Shown: positions 48,190-56,818 of the stretch, piece after piece
Position numbering within the stretch: position 1 is the stretch's first letter
Layout of the letters: each line of letters opens with the position of its first letter
Source: Saprospiraceae bacterium
GTDB lineage: Bacteria > Bacteroidota > Bacteroidia > Chitinophagales > Saprospiraceae
Assembly (NCBI GenBank): GCA_020846655.1
Contig: JADLDL010000255.1
Location: 654-64,653 of the forward strand
Length of the DNA stretch: 64,000 nt
Direction of reading: 5' to 3'
Translations under genes and position numbers: made by a program
The notes under the pieces: model-generated
Databases searched by the model: none
Told to the model about the DNA's origin: nothing
What the model saw: the letters and a program-made list of their open reading frames with translations, nothing else

Positions 48190-51100
48190 ATGCAAAAAAA
48201 ACTACTTCTGCTCTTTTTTCTGCCCCAACTCCTGGCGACACAGGCTTTTGCCCAGCCTTCTATCGCACGCATTTGGAATGAAGCCATGATTCAGTCCATC
48301 CGCGAAGATTTTGCGCGGCCACCCGTACATGCCCGGAACCTGTTTCATATTTCGCTGGCGATGTACGACGCCTGGGCGGCGTATGATACCATCGCGGAGC
48401 CCTATTTGTTGGGAAAAACCGTCGGTGGCTATTCCTGCGTGTTTGATAGCGTGCCCGTTCCGGCCGATGTGGAAAGTGCACGGCGAATGGCAATTAGTTA
48501 CGCAGCCTATCGCTTGTTGGTCAACCGGTTTCAATATTCGCCGAATAGTTTTGTGACTCAACTACGGCTATACAACCTGATGATTAGCCTGGGCTATGAT
48601 GTCAATTTCACCTCCACGAATTACCAGTCGGGCAACCCGGCGGCATTGGGCAATTACATCGCACAGTGTGTATCGCAAATGGGATATTTGGATGGCTCCA
48701 ATGAGCAACTGGGCTATCTCAATCTCTATTATTATCCGGTGAATCCGCCGCTGGTAGTGGCCGATCCGGGCGCTCCCACCTTGCTGGATCCCAACCGCTG
48801 GCAGCCCCTGGTCTTGAACACAGCCATCGACCAAAACGGCAACCCCGTGCCCGCCAACCAAACCTTCCAGAGCCCCGAATGGGGCGATGTAGTGCCCTTT
48901 GCACTTGCTCCGGCCGACATGAACGTGTACGAGCGCTACGGCCATGAATACAAAGTATACCACGACCCCGGCCCCATGCCGTTTTTGGATACCCTGGCTG
49001 GCGACAGCACCAGCGCCGAATACGAATGGAATTTCGCGCTGGTGTCGGCTTGGTCTTCGCACCTGGACCCGAACGACGGCGTATTGTGGGATATTTCGCC
49101 CCGGAGCATCGGCAACGTACCTGCCTACCCGCAAACGCTGGCTGCATACCATCAGTTTTATGATTTTGCCAATGGGCAGGACCAGGGTATTGGCCGCGAC
49201 ACCAACCCCCGCACTGGGCAGCCGTATGTTTCTCAAATTGTGCCCCGGGGCGATTATACGCGGGTTTTGGCTCAGTTTTGGGCCGATGGGCCGCAGTCCG
49301 AAACCCCTCCCGGCCACTGGTTTGCTATTTTAAACAAAGTAAATGACCACCCGGATCTGGTGCGGCGATTCGGCGGCAAAGGTCCTTTGTTGTCTAAACT
49401 GGAATGGGATGTAAAAGCCTATCTTGTATTGGGCGGCGCAGTACACGATGCCGCTATTTCGGCCTGGGGCATCAAAGGCTGGTACGATGGCGTTCGGCCC
49501 ATTTCGGCGATCCGGTATATGGCCGCACTGGGGCAAAAATCAGATCCCGCCAAGCCACACTACCACCCGGCGGGCATGGCCCTGGTGCCGGGCCTCGTGG
49601 AATTGGTGGAAGACGGCGACCCTTTGGCGGGCCCCAACAACGAAAACCTGGGAAAAATCAAACTGCAAGCCTGGCTTGGATTTGATAAAATTCAGAATCC
49701 GCTGACCGATATTGCCGGTGTGGGCTGGATTTTGGCTGAAGAATGGGTGCCCTACCAACGCAATACCTTCGTCACGCCGCCCTTTGCCGGTTATATCTCC
49801 GGGCACTCGACCTATTCGCGTTCTGCTGCCGAGGCGCTGACGCGGCTCACCGGCGACGAATATTTTCCAGGAGGAATGGGCGAGTTTCATATTGCCGCCA
49901 ACAGCAATTTCCTGGGCCTGGAGCAAGGCCCCAGTGTGGATGTCACCCTCCAATGGGCTACTTACCGGGATGCTTCGGACCAAACCAGTTTGTCCAGAAT
50001 TTGGGGCGGCATTCACCCGCCGTTCGATGATATTCCCGGCCGCCTGATTGGGATTAAAGTGGGCAACCGCGCTTTTGAACACGCCCGGACCTATTTTTAC
50101 AAAGACGAGGATGCCGACGGTTTTTTCAGTTATGAAGACTGCGACGACCAGAATGCAGCCATTTACGAAGGAGCGCCGGAACTTTGCGACGGCCTGGACA
50201 ACGATTGCAACGGACTGGCCGACGATATCCCCGTTTATACCTATTTCCTGGATGCCGATGGCGACGGATTTGGCGATACAACAACAGCCCTCGACACTTG
50301 CCTGGCGGAAGCGCCCGCCGGTTTTGTGGCCAGCAGTGGCGACTGCAACGACCAGGACCCCGCACTCAATCCCGGTGTCGCCGAAGGCTGCGACGGCCTG
50401 GACAACGACTGTAATGGCCTCGTTGATGACCTGACGCTCTATACCTACTTTGCCGATACAGATGGGGATGGCTATGGCGATGCCGGCCTTTCCTTCGACA
50501 CCTGTTTGACAGCAGCGCCGGCGGGGTTTGTGGCCAATGCTCAGGACTGCGATGACGCAGACGGAAGCATTAATCCGCTGGCTGCAGAGGCTTGCGATGG
50601 CCTGGACAACGATTGCAATGGACTGGTGGATGATTTGCCCATTTACACCTACTTTGTCGACAATGACGGCGATGGCTATGGCACGGGGACTTTGTTTATC
50701 GACACTTGTCTGGCTGCCGTGCCCTCGGGTTTTGTGACCAACAGCCTGGACTGTGATGACAGCGACGAGTCGATCAATCCCCTCGCCATAGAATTTTGCG
50801 ACGACTTTGACAACGATTGCAATGGCTTGGTGGATGACGGCTTGACTACCTATACCTATTACCTGGACAGTGACCTGGATGGTTTCGGAGCCAGCGACGC
50901 CCTGATCCAATCCTGCCTGGATACGCCACCGACTGGGTTTGCCAGCGACAACACCGATTGCAACGATGGCAATGCGTTGATTAACCCTGCGGCTCCTGAA
51001 CTATTGGACAGCCTGGACAACAATTGCAATGGCCTGATCGACGACATTGTAAGCACCCAAGATGCATTGCAGGGCCTGGAAGTGTATCCCAACCCCGCTT

Positions 51101-51318
51101 CGGATTGGTTGACCATTGCCTTTGCGCAAGGGGAAGTGCTGCACCTAGAACTGGTCAATATGGCTGGACAGGTCGTGCAACGCGAACAACTGGAATTTAG
51201 CCAGGCCCGGGAGCAAGTCAGGATTGCCGGGCTATCCCCGGGCTTGTATGTGCTGTGTCTGAAACAAGAGCGGACCGGGAAGTTGCAACGGGTGAAAATT
51301 GTCAAGATCAAGGGCTAA
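48190..51318 (+). CDS. PAP2 / vanadium-haloperoxidase-like protein fused to MopE-type Cys/Asp-rich repeats and a T9SS type-A C-terminal domain
   Basis: 1042 aa with a signal peptide. All three PAP2/haloperoxidase motifs are visible: KGWYDGVRP (KxxxxxxRP, ~49471-49500), YISGHS (~49795-49812) and SRIWGGIHPPFD (SRxxxxxHxxxD, ~49990-50031). The C-terminal domain reads VYPNPASDWLTI...LSPGLYVL. It starts 3 nt after the CRTAC1-like stop. Confidence 0.8.
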   Translation: MQKKLLLLFFLPQLLATQAFAQPSIARIWNEAMIQSIREDFARPPVHARNLFHISLAMYDAWAAYDTIAEPYLLGKTVGGYSCVFDSVPVPADVESARRMAISYAAYRLLVNRFQYSPNSFVTQLRLYNLMISLGYDVNFTSTNYQSGNPAALGNYIAQCVSQMGYLDGSNEQLGYLNLYYYPVNPPLVVADPGAPTLLDPNRWQPLVLNTAIDQNGNPVPANQTFQSPEWGDVVPFALAPADMNVYERYGHEYKVYHDPGPMPFLDTLAGDSTSAEYEWNFALVSAWSSHLDPNDGVLWDISPRSIGNVPAYPQTLAAYHQFYDFANGQDQGIGRDTNPRTGQPYVSQIVPRGDYTRVLAQFWADGPQSETPPGHWFAILNKVNDHPDLVRRFGGKGPLLSKLEWDVKAYLVLGGAVHDAAISAWGIKGWYDGVRPISAIRYMAALGQKSDPAKPHYHPAGMALVPGLVELVEDGDPLAGPNNENLGKIKLQAWLGFDKIQNPLTDIAGVGWILAEEWVPYQRNTFVTPPFAGYISGHSTYSRSAAEALTRLTGDEYFPGGMGEFHIAANSNFLGLEQGPSVDVTLQWATYRDASDQTSLSRIWGGIHPPFDDIPGRLIGIKVGNRAFEHARTYFYKDEDADGFFSYEDCDDQNAAIYEGAPELCDGLDNDCNGLADDIPVYTYFLDADGDGFGDTTTALDTCLAEAPAGFVASSGDCNDQDPALNPGVAEGCDGLDNDCNGLVDDLTLYTYFADTDGDGYGDAGLSFDTCLTAAPAGFVANAQDCDDADGSINPLAAEACDGLDNDCNGLVDDLPIYTYFVDNDGDGYGTGTLFIDTCLAAVPSGFVTNSLDCDDSDESINPLAIEFCDDFDNDCNGLVDDGLTTYTYYLDSDLDGFGASDALIQSCLDTPPTGFASDNTDCNDGNALINPAAPELLDSLDNNCNGLIDDIVSTQDALQGLEVYPNPASDWLTIAFAQGEVLHLELVNMAGQVVQREQLEFSQAREQVRIAGLSPGLYVLCLKQERTGKLQRVKIVKIKG
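50140..51045 (+). repeat. about 4.5 tandem ~68-aa (~204-nt) Cys/Asp-rich repeats (putative metal-binding, MopE-type motif)
   Basis: The repeat unit is DCDDxDxxINPxAxExCDGLDNDCNGLVDDxxxYTYFxDxDGDGYGxxxxxxDTCLxxxPxGFV. DNA-level recurrence of TGCGA(C/T)GGCCTGGACAACGA(T/C)TG(C/T)AA(C/T)GG occurs near 50186, 50387 and 50593. Confidence 0.7.
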
Positions 51319-51354
51319 GAAAAGGGGATCCTTACAGGTTGAGTTTGGCGTGGC

Positions 51355-51395
51355 GGCTGTCCGGCAACGCACAAAGGGCTGTCCGAAACCGCACA
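51355..51395 (+). promoter_or_regulatory. tandem 19-nt direct repeat (22-nt period) upstream of the first permease gene
   Basis: GGCTGTCCGGCAACGCACA (51355-51373) and GGCTGTCCGAAACCGCACA (51377-51395) match at 16/19 positions. They lie 107-147 nt upstream of the ATG at 51502. Function is unknown. Confidence 0.3.
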
Positions 51396-51466
51396 CTTGG
51401 CATCTGTCTACCTTTTACTAAACTTTGATAATCAATGATTTAAACGCAGTGGCATAGCATTTGCGG

Positions 51467-51504
51467 CATAGGCGGACAATCTACCTTTGGTTTGTCCGCC
51501 TATG
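51467..51504 (+). promoter_or_regulatory. 13-bp perfect hairpin whose 3' arm contains the permease start codon
   Basis: CATAGGCGGACAA (51467-51479) pairs with TTGTCCGCCTATG (51492-51504) across a 12-nt loop. The ATG at 51502-51504 pairs with the CAT at 51467-51469. Confidence 0.4.
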
Positions 51505-53952
51505 TTCAAATTGACACTTCAACTCGCCCTGCGCAATCTTTGGAAACAAAAAGGCTACTCCGCCATCAACCTTCTGGGGATGGCCACCGGCCTCACCTGT
51601 TGTTTCCTGTTGGCCATTTATATTCGGCACGAACGCCAATACGACCTGTTTCACGCCAACCTGGATCGTTTGTACCGGCTGAATTATCTGGCCAATTTCA
51701 CGGGCAGCAGTTTTGAACTAACCCGGGTGCCGGCACCTATCGCGCCGATGCTGCCGGATAACTTCCCGGATATCGAGGTGGCTGCCCGTTTTTTTCCCCG
51801 CAGCATCAGCGTGCGCAACCCGCAGAGCGAGCAGATGTTTGAAATCCAGCAGGCACTCTTTGCAGACAGCACGGCTACCCGGGTTTTCCAATTTGATTTT
51901 TTGCAAGGCAATGCCCAAACAGCGCTGAACCGGCCCTATTCCATCGTTTTAACCCGGGAAACCGCTGCGCGGATTTTTGGGGCCGCAGGGCCGGTACTCG
52001 GAAAAACCCTCTTGCTGGCCGGACAAAGCATCCCGTTTATCGTGACGGGAGTGGTGCAGGACTTTCCCGACAATGCCCATATTCATTTTGATTTCCTGGC
52101 CCCCTTCAGCAATATTCCGGATGTGGAGCCGGCACATGCCCGCGAAGCGGTGCTGAACGCGCTGCAAAACAACTGGCTGGCGTCGTATACCCACACCTAT
52201 GTGCTGCTCAAACCGAATACGGGGCCAAGCGGTGTAAACAGCGCGTTTCCGGGCTTTCTCCAGCGTTTTGGCAACAAAAATTTTATTGACAAACAACGTT
52301 TTGCGCTGGTACCCGTGCGCGATATTCACCTGCAATCCAAGGCAGAAGACGAACCGGAGCCGGTGGCCAACCAAACCTACCTCCGGCTATTCGGCGTGGT
52401 GGGCTTGTTGATTCTCCTGATCGCCTGTATCAATTTTGTCAATTTGTCCAATGCCATTTATTTGCGGCGCATGAAAGAAGTGGGCGTTCGAAAAGTGCTC
52501 GGTGCGGGCCGTGCGGGCCTGGTTCGGCAGTTTTTAAGCGAAACGATGCTGCTGTGCCTGATGGCATTTGTGCTGGCGCTCGTGCTCACCCACTTGCTAC
52601 TCCCCCAACTGGACCTCCTGACCGACCGCCACCTCAGTTTTCATTGGCTGGCCGACTGGCCTCTCAGCCTCGGCTTTGCAGGCATTTTTGTGCTGGCCGC
52701 GCTGCTCGCGGGGGCATATCCCTCCTTTTTTGCGAGCCGGTACCAGGCTGTTGAAATTTTCAAACAACACACGGGCCATACCGGTGGCCGCCAATGGCTG
52801 CGTAAGACACTGATTACCATCCAGTTTGTGGTGGGCATCGCCTTGCTGAGCGGCACCCTGATCGTATTGTCGCAACTGAACTACTGGAAAAACCAACCCC
52901 TCGGTTTTCATAAAGAACAGATCCTGACGGTGCCCCTGTTTAGCGCCAGCATCAACTCGGCGTTTTCGCCGGGCGACGCCAGCCTGCGGCAGCGAATGAA
53001 CTCGCTGGAAGAGCGAGTGCTTCAGAACCCCGACGTCGAGGCCATCACCTTGTCGTCGACACTGCCCGGGCAAGGGGCCGTTCGGTACCCGGTTACCACG
53101 GACAAAATCAGCCTGGAGCAAAATATGTTCCTGTCCTGCATGTCGGTAGACTATGATTTTGCGCAAACGTATGGCTTACAGATCCGGGCAGGTCGGAATT
53201 TTGGAAAAGAATACGGTATCGACCACATCAGCAGTTATCTGATCAATGAAAAGGCCGTGAAAGCCCTCGGTTGGGCTTCCAATGAGGAAGCCATTGGGCA
53301 GGCCATCAGCCGGGGCGGTAAGGCCGGCAAAGTGGTGGGTGTGGTCAATGATTTTCACACCCGGGGCTTGCAGGCCGAATTGGAACCCGTTGTGCTGGAT
53401 ATCAGCGTGGGGTCCTTTACCACTTTTTCCATCCGGGTAAGCAACGAGCGCCTGCCATCTACGATGAATTTTCTGGAGCAGCAATGGAAAAACTTTTTTC
53501 CGGAAAAAGCCTTCGACTACGCGTTCCTGGATGAAAACCTGCAAAATGCCTACGCCGACGAAAACCGGCTGGCCCGGCTGGCCGCTCTGTTTGCCGGTAT
53601 TGCCATTTTTTTATCCTGCTTTGGCTTGTTTGGCCTGATCAGTTTTACCGTTCGGCAAAAAGCCAAAGAAATCGGCATTCGCAAGGTGTTGGGGGCTTCG
53701 GTAGCCGGTTTGGTGGGGCTCTTGTCCAAAGATTACCTGCAACTCGTGCTGCTTGCCTTTGTGCTCGCCACGCCGTTGGCCTGGTATTGTATGGCTCCCT
53801 GGCTCGATAATTTTGCCTACCACATTCAAATACAGTGGTGGGTATTTGCACTGGCGGGCTTTGCCGCGTTGCTGGTCGCCCTGCTCACCATTGGTTTTCA
53901 AAGCATCCGGGCGGCCCTGGCCAACCCGGTAAACAGTTTGCACAATGAATAA
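51502..53952 (+). CDS. ABC-transporter permease, duplicated MacB-periplasmic-domain/FtsX type (~816 aa)
   Basis: ORF 51487..53952, with the start at MFKLTLQLALRNLWKQKGYSAINLLG. It has two MacB_PCD-like extracytoplasmic domains, each followed by an FtsX 3-4 TM block (KEVGVRKVLGAGR..., KEIGIRKVLGASV...). Confidence 0.85.
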   Translation: MFKLTLQLALRNLWKQKGYSAINLLGMATGLTCCFLLAIYIRHERQYDLFHANLDRLYRLNYLANFTGSSFELTRVPAPIAPMLPDNFPDIEVAARFFPRSISVRNPQSEQMFEIQQALFADSTATRVFQFDFLQGNAQTALNRPYSIVLTRETAARIFGAAGPVLGKTLLLAGQSIPFIVTGVVQDFPDNAHIHFDFLAPFSNIPDVEPAHAREAVLNALQNNWLASYTHTYVLLKPNTGPSGVNSAFPGFLQRFGNKNFIDKQRFALVPVRDIHLQSKAEDEPEPVANQTYLRLFGVVGLLILLIACINFVNLSNAIYLRRMKEVGVRKVLGAGRAGLVRQFLSETMLLCLMAFVLALVLTHLLLPQLDLLTDRHLSFHWLADWPLSLGFAGIFVLAALLAGAYPSFFASRYQAVEIFKQHTGHTGGRQWLRKTLITIQFVVGIALLSGTLIVLSQLNYWKNQPLGFHKEQILTVPLFSASINSAFSPGDASLRQRMNSLEERVLQNPDVEAITLSSTLPGQGAVRYPVTTDKISLEQNMFLSCMSVDYDFAQTYGLQIRAGRNFGKEYGIDHISSYLINEKAVKALGWASNEEAIGQAISRGGKAGKVVGVVNDFHTRGLQAELEPVVLDISVGSFTTFSIRVSNERLPSTMNFLEQQWKNFFPEKAFDYAFLDENLQNAYADENRLARLAALFAGIAIFLSCFGLFGLISFTVRQKAKEIGIRKVLGASVAGLVGLLSKDYLQLVLLAFVLATPLAWYCMAPWLDNFAYHIQIQWWVFALAGFAALLVALLTIGFQSIRAALANPVNSLHNE

Positions 53953-56350
53953 CCCGGGAATTTTGTGGATGTACTATGGAAAAATGGCCTGGCGCAGCCT
54001 GGCCAAGAACCGCCTCATCAGTGCCATCAATATTGGCGGTTTTGGCATCAGTGTGGCCGCCTGTCTGTTGATATATGCCTATGTGCGGCAGGAACGCAAT
54101 TTTGATACGTTTCATACCCAAGGGCAGCACTTGTATCGCTTGTGCGAGCGGGCACACTACCCGGGGCAGTCGCCTGTATTGAGCCCCATGGTCTCGCACC
54201 CGATGGCGCCGTTTTTAACCGAAGCGGCACAGGGACAGATCCGGCAGTTTGCCAGAGTTGCTCAGGCTGGGTATCCCATCATGCCGGCGGCAGAGTTGCG
54301 TTGGGGCGATGCAAGCCTTCGATGCGATAGTTTTTTGTGTGTCGACAGCAGTTTTTTCACCATTTTTGATTTCCCGATCCTCGCTGGTGACCAGACAGGT
54401 ATGTTGCGCGACCAAAATAGCGTGGTGCTCACAGCCACGTCTGCCAAACACCTGTTTGGCGACCAGCCGGCCTTGCATCAAGTCGTTCAGTTGGTTAACG
54501 CAGACACCAGTTACCTGCTTCGGGTGCAGGGAGTATTGGCAGATTTTCCAGCCAACTCGCACCTGCAAGCCGGCGGTTTGCTGCCGTTTCCCAAGATTTT
54601 TCCCAATAATTTTCACCAGCCTTTCGAACTCATGCTCGAAGGCAGTTACCTGCAACTGCGTCCGGGTGTCGATGCACAAGCGTTGCAGGACCAATTGGAC
54701 CGGGCCAGCAAAACCCGCAACGCCAACCTGGATATTGTGTTGCAGCCTTTGGCTGAGGTACACCTGGAGTCCAGGGAAATGGTGTATGACCGGCTCAATT
54801 TCCGGCCCGGGAATGCCCTGTATGTACAAACCTTTGGTTGGCTGGGGCTCATCCTCTTTTTGGTGGCTTGTGTCAATTTTATCAACCTGACGGTTGTCAC
54901 AGCCGGCGAGCGCCTGCGGGAAGTGGGTGTCAAAAAATCTATCGGAGCACAACGCGCTCAGATTGCAGGCCAGTTTTTAGCGGAGTCGGGGCTGGCAATA
55001 GGCCTGGCACTGCTGCTCGGGCTGGCGCTTTCGACTTTTTTGCTGCCCTGGGTAAATGCCGGCCTGAGTCAATCCCTTGTACTTGACGTTTGGAGCGACC
55101 CGGCGTTGTGTCTGGCGCTCCTGGGGCTTTGGGCAGGCGCCGTTGTATTGGCTGGGGTGTATCCGGCAGTTGTGGTCTCCGGATTGCCGATCCAAACTGC
55201 CTTGAAGAACAAACTTCGCCTGAGCAGCCGCCGGTATTCCGCCGCTCAGATCCTGATGATTGGTCAGTTTGCTGCGGCTGTGTTTTTGATTATGTTGACC
55301 GCAGGTGTTTTGCAGCAGTTGTCGTTTGTGCGAAAAGCCGACCTGGGGTATTCCATTGACCAGGTGGTGGCGGTGCCCTTGTCGGAAGTCGCCAGCCGCC
55401 GTATCGCTACTTTGCGCAGTGAATGTTCAAAAATAGAAGGCGTCGAGGATGTTTGTAGCTATGCCTTCCGATTGGGCACTTCGTGCACCATCGGAAGTTT
55501 CCAGTACAAGGATCAGCAAGCCAAACGCCAGGTCGCTACGTTTACTGCCAATTGGGTGGCGCCACATTACCTTGATTTTTTTAATTTGCAACTACAGGCC
55601 GGGCGGGCGCCGCAACCGGAGGCCCGGAACGAATATCTCGTCAATGAAGCGCTGGTGCGCAAGGTCGGGTGGGGAAATCCCATTGGCCAAACCCTGCACT
55701 TTGCCTGGGCGCCGGAGGGCCGGGTGGTGGGCGTGCTGAAGGATTTCAAATTCAATACCTTGCACCATACCGTGGAGCCCATCGTACTGAGCCAAACCGG
55801 CGCTGATGACCCGGCTGCCGAACTGGCCATCAAACTGAGCAGCCGGCATTTGCCGGAAACGCTGAAAGCCCTGGAAGCGCGCTGGAATAGTCTGGTGCCG
55901 GAAGAAGCCTTTCAGTACCAGTTTCTGGACGAGCATTTTGCCCAATTGTATGCCGACGAGCAACAAGCCGGCGCCGTTTCCGGCATGGCCAGTCTGTTGG
56001 CCATTCTGATTGCCTGCCTGGGCTTGTTTGGACTGATCGCCAAATCTATCCAGCACCGGACCAAGGAAATTGGCATTCGTAAAGTCTTGGGCGCCAATTT
56101 GAGCAGCCTGGTCGGTTTGCTGACCGGAGATTTTTTAAAACTGATTTTGTTTTCGTCTCTGCTGGCCACGCCCCTGGCTTGGTATGGTTTGCAACAGTGG
56201 CTGGAAAATTTCGCCTTTCGGATTCAAATACAATGGTGGCTGCCTGTACTGGCCAGCAGCCTGATGTTGGCGATAGCCCTGCTCACCATTGGTTTTCAAA
56301 GCATCCGGGCGGCCCTGGCCAACCCGGTAAACAGTTTGCACAACGAATAA
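53945..56350 (+). CDS. ABC-transporter permease, second paralogue of the same type
   Basis: 801 aa with the same architecture (REVGVKKSIGAQR..., KEIGIRKVLGANL...). The ATG at 53945 overlaps the upstream stop (ATGAATAA). An alternative start at 53969 (MYYGKMAWRSL) fits the family N-terminus equally well. Confidence 0.85.
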   Translation: MNNPGILWMYYGKMAWRSLAKNRLISAINIGGFGISVAACLLIYAYVRQERNFDTFHTQGQHLYRLCERAHYPGQSPVLSPMVSHPMAPFLTEAAQGQIRQFARVAQAGYPIMPAAELRWGDASLRCDSFLCVDSSFFTIFDFPILAGDQTGMLRDQNSVVLTATSAKHLFGDQPALHQVVQLVNADTSYLLRVQGVLADFPANSHLQAGGLLPFPKIFPNNFHQPFELMLEGSYLQLRPGVDAQALQDQLDRASKTRNANLDIVLQPLAEVHLESREMVYDRLNFRPGNALYVQTFGWLGLILFLVACVNFINLTVVTAGERLREVGVKKSIGAQRAQIAGQFLAESGLAIGLALLLGLALSTFLLPWVNAGLSQSLVLDVWSDPALCLALLGLWAGAVVLAGVYPAVVVSGLPIQTALKNKLRLSSRRYSAAQILMIGQFAAAVFLIMLTAGVLQQLSFVRKADLGYSIDQVVAVPLSEVASRRIATLRSECSKIEGVEDVCSYAFRLGTSCTIGSFQYKDQQAKRQVATFTANWVAPHYLDFFNLQLQAGRAPQPEARNEYLVNEALVRKVGWGNPIGQTLHFAWAPEGRVVGVLKDFKFNTLHHTVEPIVLSQTGADDPAAELAIKLSSRHLPETLKALEARWNSLVPEEAFQYQFLDEHFAQLYADEQQAGAVSGMASLLAILIACLGLFGLIAKSIQHRTKEIGIRKVLGANLSSLVGLLTGDFLKLILFSSLLATPLAWYGLQQWLENFAFRIQIQWWLPVLASSLMLAIALLTIGFQSIRAALANPVNSLHNE

Positions 56351-56379
56351 ACAATTCTTTACCCTAAACATTTTGCGCT

Positions 56380-56673
56380 ATGCCACACATCGCAATTCCC
56401 ATCCCATCGGGCCCCGGAAAACAGGAAGTAGAAATTTCCATGACGATCAACGGTGTGCACCAGGCCGTGCATTACCGGGTGGAGTTGTTTTACTGGAACG
56501 AATGCGCGGTGCCAACCGTCAACCGGGTAGAATGTGTTCGGAGTATCCTGAACGGGTACGACCAGGATTGGATGCTGTACCTCATCGGCGAGCCAACGGA
56601 TGATTTTATCCCGATTATTTTTGTAAAAAAAGAAGAATGGGCCAAACAGCGGCAACTGACCCGGCCGGTGTAG
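56380..56673 (+). CDS. small hypothetical cytoplasmic protein (97 aa)
   Basis: An ORF 30 nt downstream of the second permease with no overlapping better ORF. I recognise no family and see no TM helix or signal peptide. Confidence 0.45.
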   Translation: MPHIAIPIPSGPGKQEVEISMTINGVHQAVHYRVELFYWNECAVPTVNRVECVRSILNGYDQDWMLYLIGEPTDDFIPIIFVKKEEWAKQRQLTRPV

Positions 56674-56818
56674 AGTCCGGCGGGAAGTGCTACCGGCGTT
56701 TCGGCGTTTGTTTTTGAACAGCGGGTGTTCATTTTCGGACAATTCCAGGAGCACCCTAAATCGATAACAAACTAACTGTCAAGTATTTAAGGCGGCTGGC
56801 ATAATCATTGATTGGATA

